Source: an uncultured archaeon (GTDB lineage: Archaea > Aenigmatarchaeota > Aenigmatarchaeia > QMZS01). Taken from it: a DNA stretch of 64,000 nucleotides. Made by a program: the position numbers and the translations under genes. Below the pieces are notes generated by a model. It saw only the letters and a program-made list of their open reading frames with translations, searched no databases and had not been told where the DNA came from. This document shows positions 45,013-53,722 of the stretch, one piece after another (within the stretch, counting starts at the first letter, position 1; each line of letters starts with the position of its first letter). Location: the NCBI GenBank assembly GCA_964547015.1, contig CAZJKT010000003.1:1154-65153 (forward strand). Direction: 5' to 3'.

Positions 45013-45314
45013 AATTCATGCACCTCTAATAATACTTCACCTTTTTTTCCTTTTAATGCCCCTATACCTAAAACATCAAATATCCCGTAAACCTTTGGGT
45101 TTTTTATGCCATATATTATCCTGCGGCCCTCCCTTCTTGATGCAAGTATTCCTGCGGCCTCAAGACGAAGCAAATGGGCCGAAACTGTTGACTGCTCTCT
45201 TCCTGCGTGAGGGATTATTTCGCAGACGCATTTCTCTCCGTCAAGAAGGAACCTTATTATTTTGAATCGGGTTTCATCCGAGAGCGCCTTTAGAAGCATA
45301 AGCTCGTTTTCCAT
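45009..45314 (-). CDS. arsR: ArsR/SmtB-family metalloregulatory transcriptional repressor
   Basis: LSDETRFKIIRFL (HTH) and the metal site EKCVCEI. Confidence 0.85.
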   Translation of the reverse strand: MENELMLLKALSDETRFKIIRFLLDGEKCVCEIIPHAGREQSTVSAHLLRLEAAGILASRREGRRIIYGIKNPKVYGIFDVLGIGALKGKKGEVLLEVHEL

Positions 45315-45376
45315 AGATATATTATATTGATAACTATAAATATGTTGGGGAAGTTTTAGCGTGTAGAAATTTAATT

Positions 45377-45682
45377 GTGTATTGGTTTATGAGGATTGCC
45401 TGCAAAGTATTTTTCGGCCCGCAGATTTTGCTTGCCGCATGCGACGAGAATTTGCTTGGAAGAACGCTTAGGTTTGGGGAGGCGGAATTTGAGGTAAAAG
45501 AGAGCTTCTACTTTGAGAGGTTTGCGCAAGAAGAAGAGTTTGAAGGCCTGATCCCAAAAGCCCATATAGTCAACCTTTTGGGCGAGCATACAATAGGGGC
45601 TTTGGCAAAAAGAAACCTACTAAATACAGATAATGTTAAACTTATAGATGGGGTCCCCCACATCCAGATTTATAGGATTTAA
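45377..45682 (+). CDS. Hypothetical small protein, doubtful
   Basis: 101-aa ORF upstream of, and overlapping, the surface-protein start. Confidence 0.2.
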   Translation: MYWFMRIACKVFFGPQILLAACDENLLGRTLRFGEAEFEVKESFYFERFAQEEEFEGLIPKAHIVNLLGEHTIGALAKRNLLNTDNVKLIDGVPHIQIYRI

Positions 45683-47564
45683 AAATTCCTTTTCGGCCAC
45701 CCTGAGAGGCAAAAAATTCCATAAAGGCCAGTGGTATATTGTGGCGGCAGTGCTTTTCTCCTACTCTCTTCTCACTTTTTTTGACATATTTGACAGTTAT
45801 ACTCAGATAGATTATACCTCTATAATAAAAAGCGACGAGGATATGCTCTACCTTGATGCAATGAGAGATATACAATATATTACTTCAAAGGCGACAGATA
45901 TCTCAAATATGGAGGGTGATGTTGCAGAATATCTTGAGATGGTTAACGGAAACCTGCTTGGCAAAGGGATGCTTGTGGAATATTCTTTTTCCTCTTCAGG
46001 GGGCATAATGAGCCTCTCTGAGCTTAAGTTTGCCGGAAAAAACCTTAGAGTGGAATTGCCTACAGAATCGGAATATTGTATTCCTGAAGACAATAATCAA
46101 TTTTGTTACAGACACGGGAAAAATTGCGGCACATTCACTTCCACTGACAATTGCGGGGAGCCAAGGACTGCCAATTGCGGCACCTGTACTTCGCCAAATA
46201 CCTGCGGAGGCGGAGGCGTTCCTAATATCTGCGGATGCTCACCTTCCACATGCGGCTCTCTTGGCAAAAACTGCGATACCTGGCCTGACGGCTGCGGAGG
46301 GACACTGAACTGCGGAAGCTGTTCTTTTGGATATAGCTGTATTGAGGGCATCTGTGAATATACCTGCGTCCCTGAAAACGATACCGAATTCTGTTCGAGA
46401 TACGGGAAAAATTGCGGCACATTCACTTCCACTGACAATTGCGGGGAGCCAAGGACTGCCAATTGCGGCACCTGTACTTCGCCAAATACCTGCGGAGGCG
46501 GAGGCGTTCCTAATATCTGCGGATGCTCACCTTCCACATGCGGCTCTCTTGGCAAAAACTGCGATACCTGGCCTGACGGCTGCGGAGGGACACTGAACTG
46601 CGGAAGCTGTTCTGCAGGATACAATTGCATAAATGGAGTATGCACCGTGGGCTGGTGTTATAGAATGCCTATTACACTTACAAATGGGGGAGGGCCACTT
46701 ACAAGCTATGCCATAAAAATAGATGTCGCATATGTTCCCGGAAAAATGAAGGCCGACTTCTCTGACATAAGGTTTACTTTGGCTGATGGGACCACTCAGC
46801 TTTCGCACTGGAGAGAATCCTATGTTGCAAGCTCTTCTGCGGTTTTCTGGGTTAAAGTAAACTCAATACCGTCGGGAAGCTCAACGATATATGTGCACTA
46901 TGGAAATAGCGCGGCAAGTTCGGCAAGCAATGGAGATAACACCTTTTTGTTTTTTGATGATTTTGCGGGAACTTCTCTAAATACAGCTAAATGGATTCCA
47001 CAAACATCCGGGGCAGGCACAATAACCGTAAATAATGGAATTACGCTTAATAACCCTAACTTAAATTCAGATACCGCCCTTATCTCCCTTAGGAATTCGG
47101 GGGCACATTGTGTTGTAAGGGGCGCAAACATAATAGAATTTTATGGCCGACTTATCCCTAACCCAAATAGTGGGTTTGGTTTTGCCCTTTTTGTTGCGGA
47201 TTATTCAGCACCTGTAAGATATATATCAATATCCCAACTTAGCGTCAGCAATACTATGAGAATAACAAACCAGGCGGGTCCTGGCTCTTACAGCTCAAGC
47301 ACACTAGGAAGTTTTACCTCTGATATGGCCAGATGGAAATTTTATGGTGACGGCTCTTCCACCCATGTTTATATTAACGACAACCACCAGTCTTTTTCCT
47401 CTGTCTATCCTACAGGTATGGTTTGCCAGACCGAAATAAGTGTGGGGCCGAGAACAAGCGGAGGGAGAAATCCGAGACAGGTTTATTTATCCTGGTTTGT
47501 AATCAGAAAATTTTCAAATCCAGAGCCCACCGCCACTATCGGAGCTGAACAGAATGTATGCTAA
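45648..47564 (+). CDS. Surface/secreted protein with an N-terminal TM anchor, two identical Cys-rich 96-aa repeats, and a C-terminal DUF2341 plus LamG/concanavalin-like domain
   Basis: Repeats of NCGTFTSTDNCGEPRTANCGTCTSPNTCGGGGVPNICGCSPSTCGSLGKNCDTWPDGCGGTLNCGSC. The DUF2341-like start WCYRMPITLTNGGG...YAIKIDV. A hydrophobic helix at residues about 28-46. Confidence 0.6.
   Translation: MGSPTSRFIGFKNSFSATLRGKKFHKGQWYIVAAVLFSYSLLTFFDIFDSYTQIDYTSIIKSDEDMLYLDAMRDIQYITSKATDISNMEGDVAEYLEMVNGNLLGKGMLVEYSFSSSGGIMSLSELKFAGKNLRVELPTESEYCIPEDNNQFCYRHGKNCGTFTSTDNCGEPRTANCGTCTSPNTCGGGGVPNICGCSPSTCGSLGKNCDTWPDGCGGTLNCGSCSFGYSCIEGICEYTCVPENDTEFCSRYGKNCGTFTSTDNCGEPRTANCGTCTSPNTCGGGGVPNICGCSPSTCGSLGKNCDTWPDGCGGTLNCGSCSAGYNCINGVCTVGWCYRMPITLTNGGGPLTSYAIKIDVAYVPGKMKADFSDIRFTLADGTTQLSHWRESYVASSSAVFWVKVNSIPSGSSTIYVHYGNSAASSASNGDNTFLFFDDFAGTSLNTAKWIPQTSGAGTITVNNGITLNNPNLNSDTALISLRNSGAHCVVRGANIIEFYGRLIPNPNSGFGFALFVADYSAPVRYISISQLSVSNTMRITNQAGPGSYSSSTLGSFTSDMARWKFYGDGSSTHVYINDNHQSFSSVYPTGMVCQTEISVGPRTSGGRNPRQVYLSWFVIRKFSNPEPTATIGAEQNVC
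46114..46613 (+). repeat. Perfect tandem direct repeat, period 288 bp; the two copies are identical over about 212 bp
   Basis: Block 46114-46325 is repeated exactly at 46402-46613, inside the surface-protein gene. Confidence 0.85.
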
Positions 47565-47619
47565 CTTTAGCCCAAACCAACTTAATTAACCTTAATTATC
47601 CTATTCCAAATCTACTTGC

Positions 47620-49956
47620 TCAGACTCGCCCACAAACAGCCAACTCCCCCTCCCCGAACTCCACGGCCTTCGCCCGGGAAATCATTTTTAAGTCCACTTC
47701 CATTGCTTTTATTTTTTCAAACTCATCTTTTGGAATGGTAATTTCAAGCTTTTCAACTTCTTTACCCAGCGACAGCTGGTTTGAGATTTTCCATTTCCTA
47801 ACCTCACTTATGACCTTTTTGAGAACTTCGCCCGCTTCAATAGCATGTTCATCAATCACATATTCTTCCGGGAAATCCTCAAAGTGTATGCTTTCCTTTC
47901 CTTCAACTTTTGCGAACAGCTCATCATAAAGCGTATCCGTTGCATATGGGAAATAGGGCGCAAACATTCGGCAAAGGTCAAAAAGGCACTTGTAGAGCAT
48001 CGCCTTTGCCCCTTCTGCGTCAATATCTTGGTAAATCCTGTACTTCACAAATTCCATATAATAGTCGCAGAATTCCCCTACAAAGAACTGCTCGGTCTCC
48101 TGCATAGCCTTTGAAATCTCGCAGTTGTCCAAATAATCTTTTGCCTTCTTTGCGGTTTCGCTCAAGCGGCTCAAAATCCACTTGTCAACAACAGTCAGTT
48201 TTGGATTCTCGATTTTCTCCATAAACTGTGAGCAGAATCTTGCCGAGTTCCAGAGCTTTGTAAGAAGATATTCCCCCCTCTTTATCTGGTCTTCGGAAAA
48301 TATTATGTTTGAGCCGGGTGTCGCAAGATAGGTCCAATACCTTATAGCATCGACAGGGTATTTTTCGACCAATTCCTTGGCTGTGACAAAATTTCCAAGA
48401 GATTTTGACATTTTTTTCCCTCCCGTTCCCTGTACCATTCCGTTAATGAGGCAGTTTTCATAAGGCTTTTTGCCAAGCCACATAAGGTGTCGCAGCATAA
48501 GGTAGTAATCCCAAGTCCGGATAATGTCGCTTCCGTTCGGCTGGAGGTCTGCAGGGTAGTTGTCCTCAAATTTTCCCTTGAGCCCGCAGATATATGCGAT
48601 TGTGATTGATGAGTCCATCCAGGTATCTAATGTGTTTACCTCCCCGGCCATTTCTTCGCCGCATTTGCAGGTTCGCTGGATAGTGTCAATTGCGGGGTCG
48701 ACCGGAAGTTCACTCTCTTCAGGCGCGAAAACCTCGCCGCATTTTGGGCACTGCCAGACAGGAATCGGAGTCCCGTAAACCTTTTTTCTTGAGATGCACC
48801 AGTCCCAGTTCATGTTATTTGTCCAGTCAATCTGGCGGTGCTTCATATAATCGGGAATCCAGTTTACCTCTTTTGTTTCATCAATCACCCTTTCTCTGTA
48901 TTTTGTAGCGGCTACAAACCACTGCTCTCTATTTAGAATCTCAATCGGCTTGTGGCACCTCCAGCAGGTTCCGACTTTTTGCTCCAACGCCTCAATTTTT
49001 GTCACAAGGTCTTGGCTCTTGAGATCTTCAACAATCTTCTTTTTAGCCTCCTCGCAGGTCATCCCTGTATAGGGCTCAATTGTCATTTTTCCTTCCTCAT
49101 CAATGCTCTCGATTACAGGCAGGCTGTTTGACAAAATCCAGTCAACATCCTGCTTGTCTCCAAACGCGCAAATCATAACCACTCCCGTCCCAAAGGTCGG
49201 GTCTACCTCTTTTGACGCCAAAACCTCAACAGAACGCCCAAAAATTGGCACTTTCATCTTCTTTCCCACCATCTCCGGCTTATCCTCGGGGTTTACGGCG
49301 ACAGCGACACAGCTTGCCATAAGCTCCGGCCTTGTTGTCGCAATCTCAACTTTTTGCCCGTCTTCAAGCTCAAAGAGAATATAATTAAGGGAGGTCTGCC
49401 TTTCGGCGTACTCGACCTCAGCGTCAGAGATTGCTGTATTGCAGGTTGTGCAGAAATTGACCGGATGCTTTGCCCGGTAAATCAGCCCCTTTCTGAAAAG
49501 GTCGATAAATGACTTCTGTACAAGTTTCATGTAATTTTGGTCGGAGGTGCGAAATTCGCTTGACCAGTCTATTGACGAGCCAAGCGCCACAATCATTTCC
49601 CTCATGCTTTTGATGTGCTTATCTGACCATTCCTCGCACATCCTAACCCACTCACTCCGCTCAAATTCATGGCATTTTTTCCCGGTGGCTTTTTCTACCT
49701 TGGTCTCGGTTGGCATACCGTGCACATCCCAGCCCTGAGGAAAGAAAACGTCAAACCCCGCCATTCTCCGAAATCTCGCAATTGCATCCATCCAGGTCCA
49801 GTTAAGGGCATTTCCCAAATGAAGGTCGCCCGAGGGGTATGGGGGCGGGGTGTCAATGATATATTTCTTCTTTTTGCCGTCGGCCTTAAATGTTGAGATT
49901 CCCAGGGAATTCCATTTTCTTAGTAAATCCTTATTTTCTGAATATCTCTTGTCCAT
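47620..49956 (-). CDS. Class Ia aminoacyl-tRNA synthetase, most consistent with valyl-tRNA synthetase (compact, 778 aa)
   Basis: N-terminal PPPYPSGDLHLGNALN (a HIGH-region variant), TTRPELMASCVAVAVNPED (the editing-domain TTRPE block of ValRS/IleRS), DWCISRKKVYGTPIP and KMSKSLGN. No C-terminal zinc-knuckle region, which argues against IleRS. Confidence 0.65.
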   Translation of the reverse strand: MDKRYSENKDLLRKWNSLGISTFKADGKKKKYIIDTPPPYPSGDLHLGNALNWTWMDAIARFRRMAGFDVFFPQGWDVHGMPTETKVEKATGKKCHEFERSEWVRMCEEWSDKHIKSMREMIVALGSSIDWSSEFRTSDQNYMKLVQKSFIDLFRKGLIYRAKHPVNFCTTCNTAISDAEVEYAERQTSLNYILFELEDGQKVEIATTRPELMASCVAVAVNPEDKPEMVGKKMKVPIFGRSVEVLASKEVDPTFGTGVVMICAFGDKQDVDWILSNSLPVIESIDEEGKMTIEPYTGMTCEEAKKKIVEDLKSQDLVTKIEALEQKVGTCWRCHKPIEILNREQWFVAATKYRERVIDETKEVNWIPDYMKHRQIDWTNNMNWDWCISRKKVYGTPIPVWQCPKCGEVFAPEESELPVDPAIDTIQRTCKCGEEMAGEVNTLDTWMDSSITIAYICGLKGKFEDNYPADLQPNGSDIIRTWDYYLMLRHLMWLGKKPYENCLINGMVQGTGGKKMSKSLGNFVTAKELVEKYPVDAIRYWTYLATPGSNIIFSEDQIKRGEYLLTKLWNSARFCSQFMEKIENPKLTVVDKWILSRLSETAKKAKDYLDNCEISKAMQETEQFFVGEFCDYYMEFVKYRIYQDIDAEGAKAMLYKCLFDLCRMFAPYFPYATDTLYDELFAKVEGKESIHFEDFPEEYVIDEHAIEAGEVLKKVISEVRKWKISNQLSLGKEVEKLEITIPKDEFEKIKAMEVDLKMISRAKAVEFGEGELAVCGRV

Positions 49957-50019
49957 AATTAGCCCTTCAATCTTTTTTTATCTGCAAAATCCGCCCTAAC
50001 GGCATATTCGCATAACTTT

Positions 50020-50874
50020 TCAGAAGCCCAAAACATCATCTCTTGGCCCTTTATGCTCTTTTTGAGGCTCTTTTTCCTCGCCGGTTTTTGTCGGCTCTTC
50101 AGGCTTATTTTTGGGGATTTCTCGGCTCTCTTGAGGGATTTTTTGGAATTCGGTGGAGGAGGCACTCTCTAATTTTTTGGGCAGCCGCTCATCTATTGGA
50201 GTATCTATATCAGCCTTTTCTTGCGAACCCATTTTTTGGCTTTCTCCTGTCATGACGGACCCCTGATTATTATTTCTCAGTTCTTCCTGAGTTTCTCCCT
50301 TTGGCTCTTCCCCCAAGTCTTCCCTTATAATCTCCCTTGGCTCTTCTTTCACACCCTTACTTGGCTCTTCCATTACACTATCTCTTACTTCTTCCCTTGG
50401 TTTCCCCTCCATATCTTCCTCTTCCTCTTCTTTTTCTAATTCCCTCCTCTCGGGCCTTTTTATCCCCACACCAGTCCTTTCACTCGAAAAGGGCAAATGG
50501 ACTTCTTTTCCCGAAATGCTCAGCATTGTTTCTCCACTTTCCCCTTTTTTTGAGAGGATCCTAATTTTTCCAAAAACCCTGAGATTTAATATAAGGCTGT
50601 TTGCTACAAAGTTTTTTATTCGGCTTGCCCTTCCGTTCATATAGCAGTATATTTCGACGGCAGGCCTGCCTTCAAATTCCGAGATTATGCCCTGAAGCAG
50701 AGCATCTCCCCCGTCAAGAATCTGCTCTGAAGTCTCAACAGCTTTTATTTGCCCAAAACCATGAATCATGCCCGAATTTATCCCATAAGCTTCAAGAAGG
50801 CTTTGCAGGTCATTGGAGTTTTCATTGTCGGAAAGCTTAAGAAAAATGTGGTCGCCCTCTCGCGCGGATATCAT
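50020..50874 (-). CDS. Hypothetical protein with a highly acidic E/K-rich low-complexity C-terminal half
   Basis: A structured N-terminal domain of about 140 aa, followed by EEPxxE-type repeats. Confidence 0.4.
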   Translation of the reverse strand: MISAREGDHIFLKLSDNENSNDLQSLLEAYGINSGMIHGFGQIKAVETSEQILDGGDALLQGIISEFEGRPAVEIYCYMNGRASRIKNFVANSLILNLRVFGKIRILSKKGESGETMLSISGKEVHLPFSSERTGVGIKRPERRELEKEEEEEDMEGKPREEVRDSVMEEPSKGVKEEPREIIREDLGEEPKGETQEELRNNNQGSVMTGESQKMGSQEKADIDTPIDERLPKKLESASSTEFQKIPQESREIPKNKPEEPTKTGEEKEPQKEHKGPRDDVLGF

Positions 50875-50917
50875 AACTAATAGAACTTATAAAATACCTA
50901 TAATCTGCATCACTATT

Positions 50918-51325
50918 ATGGAAGACCTAAGCCCTATACGAAAGGCAGGGGCCTTAATTTTCTCGGACAAAAAGATGCTTGTTGTCCGCCCCAAAGGAAA
51001 GCCCTTTTTCCTAAGCCCCGGCGGAAAGTATGAGGATGGCGAAGATGCTGAAATGTGCCTTAAAAGGGAGCTTTTTGAAGAGCTTTGCGTGGAGCTGAAG
51101 TCATTTCAGCGCTATAAGGTATTTGAAATAAAAAAGGCGGCGACAAGCAACCGACCGCTCCTCCTTGAGCTATACTTTGCAGAAATTTCCGGAGAGCTCA
51201 AGCCCTCGTCTGAAATAGAAGACCTTGCCTGGATTTCAAGGCAGGATTTTGAGTCTGAAAAATTCATCCTTGCGCCGTCTTTTTATGAAGTGATTCCCTG
51301 CCTTATTGAGGAGGGGCTGATTTAA
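50918..51325 (+). CDS. NUDIX hydrolase
   Basis: Nudix box GGKYEDGEDAEMCLKRELFEELCV. Start taken at the internal Met MEDLSPIRK (ATG at 50918). Confidence 0.8.
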   Translation: MEDLSPIRKAGALIFSDKKMLVVRPKGKPFFLSPGGKYEDGEDAEMCLKRELFEELCVELKSFQRYKVFEIKKAATSNRPLLLELYFAEISGELKPSSEIEDLAWISRQDFESEKFILAPSFYEVIPCLIEEGLI

Positions 51326-51334
51326 TTCTCCCGG

Positions 51335-51616
51335 TCAGGCAAAGGATGCGGCCACAACCAGTATAAAAAACAGAATTAAGCCGACCGTAAGTATGGTTTT
51401 TAGGTTTCCTGTAAAAAATTTTGATATAATCCAGATTGAAGGGACAAGTATGATTATTGCTATAAGAAGCCCCAGAGGCCCGGCAACAGAAATTATGTAG
51501 GCAACTGAATTTATAAGCTCCACAAAAAGGTTGAAGATGTCGATTGTTGTCTGTACTGTATTTGAGAAAACCAGATGCACCATTTTGAATATAACCAATA
51601 ACGGCGCATCAACCAT
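51335..51616 (-). CDS. Small membrane protein
   Basis: 93 aa with two to three TM segments. Confidence 0.3.
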   Translation of the reverse strand: MVDAPLLVIFKMVHLVFSNTVQTTIDIFNLFVELINSVAYIISVAGPLGLLIAIIILVPSIWIISKFFTGNLKTILTVGLILFFILVVAASFA

Positions 51617-51619
51617 AAC

Positions 51620-52480
51620 TTATATGTCCCTCAGGTTAATAATTGGCTTTTTGAAGGGGCTGTCAAGAATCCTTGGGCAGGCAGTGTTTATGAAACAATC
51701 AAAATCAAGACCCATGAGCTTTTCATCGGTTATTTCGTTTAGGGCAATTATTTGGGCTTCTTTTCCTCCCCCTTCAAGCCGGGCTTTAAGCTCTCCATAA
51801 TCTTTGTAATACTGCCCGGGCTTTGTTGAGAGGAGGATCCCGACTTTTTTTGCATCTTTTAGCTTTTCTAATCGGGCAAACCTCTTCATTTCTTCTCTTT
51901 TTATTTCACAGGTAAGGTCATAAATTTCCCCCCTTTCAATGTCAATTTGGAGGACATTTCCGCTTAGGGCTTTGGGGTGGAATTTTCCCGACCCTATGAA
52001 AATATTCAGCTCGGCTTCTGATTTGATTTCAGAGCATCCAAGAATTATCTGCTTTTGGTTAATCTCTTTTCCCTGTTTTTTTAGGGCGGCTTCAAGGCTG
52101 TCGAGGGCTTTTTTGAACTGAACCGATGAAAAGATTGCAACCGTTTTTTGCGGAAGGGCTTTTAGCTGTTCAATAACATTATCCGGAATTTCAATATTAT
52201 ACTCAAGAGGGAAATAGATTACAGGAATATCTGAGCTTACGCCAAAATCCGTGTGCCCGAGGTGGACAATCAGGTCGGATTTTGCGGAGCGCGCCGCCTC
52301 AAAAGGCAAGTCGCAGGCCCCATAACAGGGCTCACCTGAAATGATGACTTCTGCCCCGGTTTTATTCTCAATTTCCTTTGCGATTTCAGCTATTTTTAAT
52401 TTAATTCCTTCGGGGGCCTGGAGAAGGATTTTATTAGGCTTTTTTTGGATAATCTGCCCAAAATCAATATTTATTTCCAT
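51620..52480 (-). CDS. dph2: Diphthamide biosynthesis enzyme Dph2 (2-(3-amino-3-carboxypropyl)histidine synthase)
   Basis: LLQAPEGIK, CYGACD, VHLGH, FIGSGKFHP and NTACPR correspond to conserved blocks of archaeal Dph2 (PH1105-like). Confidence 0.8.
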   Translation of the reverse strand: MEINIDFGQIIQKKPNKILLQAPEGIKLKIAEIAKEIENKTGAEVIISGEPCYGACDLPFEAARSAKSDLIVHLGHTDFGVSSDIPVIYFPLEYNIEIPDNVIEQLKALPQKTVAIFSSVQFKKALDSLEAALKKQGKEINQKQIILGCSEIKSEAELNIFIGSGKFHPKALSGNVLQIDIERGEIYDLTCEIKREEMKRFARLEKLKDAKKVGILLSTKPGQYYKDYGELKARLEGGGKEAQIIALNEITDEKLMGLDFDCFINTACPRILDSPFKKPIINLRDI

Positions 52481-52518
52481 AAATTGATTAAAAATCTCCT
52501 TTAAGCTTGGGCTTTTTC

Positions 52519-52917
52519 CTATTCGGCGTATATTTTAGACTTTAATTCACTAAATATACTTATAAGCTCTTGGGCGTTTGAATGTCTAAATCCAATACTA
52601 TTGGGCCGGGTATCAAGGCTATGATTCTCAATATAAAAACAGCTGCCGTCATCCCAACCATACCCTATTGTTACTTCTTCTCCGAATCTTGTTCGAAAGG
52701 TATTCTCAAACGATTTTAATGCATCCTCTATTCCCTTAATATAGCAGTCTATATCTTCAGGGTGTATCCTGAAATAAGGTTTCATTTCACTATTGATAAT
52801 CCCAAGAACCCCTTCTCTTTCTTTAAAGTCATATGTTACAATAATATTGCCATCTCCCGAATAATCTCGTTCGGATATTATATTGAGGTACTCGTCGGAA
52901 GTTCCATGATTTTCCAT
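52519..52917 (-). CDS. Hypothetical protein
   Basis: 132-aa ORF with no recognised motif. Confidence 0.35.
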   Translation of the reverse strand: MENHGTSDEYLNIISERDYSGDGNIIVTYDFKEREGVLGIINSEMKPYFRIHPEDIDCYIKGIEDALKSFENTFRTRFGEEVTIGYGWDDGSCFYIENHSLDTRPNSIGFRHSNAQELISIFSELKSKIYAE

Positions 52918-53070
52918 TAAAGTAATTTATACCGGTAAAATATATAGGAGAGTATTACGAAGTATTACCAAACTACCCAAAAGTATTAACTTGAACCAAG
53001 TAACCACTAAAAATTAAGCTAGGGGCAAGCCCCCTTATAGCAAAAATCCAATACAAAAAATAAAATCAGG

Positions 53071-53610
53071 CTATTTGTCGTCGCTTTTGCCCATCACAAA
53101 ATACCACATCGCCGCAACCACAAGAACGATTAGGGCTAGAGCCATTGTGTCCGAGCCAAACCTTGAGTAAAAGCTTACGCCTCCGCCAAGCCAGCCTCCG
53201 ATAAGGAACCATGCGAATACCACCAAAAGGATGAGAAATATCCAAGCCCGAGGTCCCTTCTTGTTCCTAACATCCCCAAGCGCGCTGTTGTTTGCAAGGG
53301 CCATTACAAGCAAAATTCCCAACATCACTATCAGGAACATTGCCATAGTCCCGGCTGACTGAGTGAAGAAAGCCCCCATTGTTGCCCCAAACGGAGTGAA
53401 TGCCGCAACGAAGAAGCCGAGGGTTAAAGCAACTATTCCGTTAATTTTGTCGCCATCTCCATCTCCAAAGGGCTTTACAATGTTGAGCAGCCCGTAAATC
53501 ACCGCAAAGGACAAAATCCACGGAAAGATTACTTCATAGAGCATTCCGCAAAGGTTCCCTGAAATCCCTAAGTAACTGCAAATCGGTGCATTTCCTATGC
53601 CATACGCCAT
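53071..53610 (-). CDS. Polytopic membrane protein, copy A of a tandem duplicate pair
   Basis: Shares almost identical N-terminal and core sequence with 53723-54316 (MAYGIGNAPICSYLGISGNLCGMLYEVIFPWILSFAVIYGLL ... AMFLIVMLGILLVMALANNSALGDVRNKKGPRAWIFLILLVVFAWFLIGGWLGGGVSFYSRFGSDTMALALIVLVVAAMWYFVMGK). Confidence 0.5.
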   Translation of the reverse strand: MAYGIGNAPICSYLGISGNLCGMLYEVIFPWILSFAVIYGLLNIVKPFGDGDGDKINGIVALTLGFFVAAFTPFGATMGAFFTQSAGTMAMFLIVMLGILLVMALANNSALGDVRNKKGPRAWIFLILLVVFAWFLIGGWLGGGVSFYSRFGSDTMALALIVLVVAAMWYFVMGKSDDK

Positions 53611-53722
53611 AATAAGATACCCTTTATAATATATTAGCTTTTAGCTGTTCATTGTGGGGCTAATCAAAGCACTAATCGTGCATTACATAAAAGCTAAAAT
53701 TAAAATAGATGGGGGGTTTATA

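Noticed and set aside
46114-46613. Considered whether the regularly spaced identical blocks could be a CRISPR array
   Set aside because: There are only two copies with a 288-bp period and no short repeat-spacer alternation. The blocks lie in frame within a coding sequence and encode a Cys-rich module.
46106-46645. 179-aa minus-strand ORF across the tandem repeat, itself repetitive
   Set aside because: It is a shadow ORF whose internal repetition merely mirrors the sense-strand tandem repeat.
47620-49956. Alternative call of this synthetase as LeuRS or IleRS
   Set aside because: The YPSG...FPQGW start resembles LeuRS superficially. However, TTRPE (not TTRPD), DWCISR, the N-terminal E.KW...FKAD pattern and the lack of C-terminal zinc knuckles favour ValRS. 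This is kept as a hedged call.
52918-53070. GTATTAC x3 direct repeats and the GGGGCAAGCCCCC hairpin, considered as a small RNA or terminator
   Set aside because: There is insufficient structure to assign a function. It is recorded only as a possible IS200-end echo.
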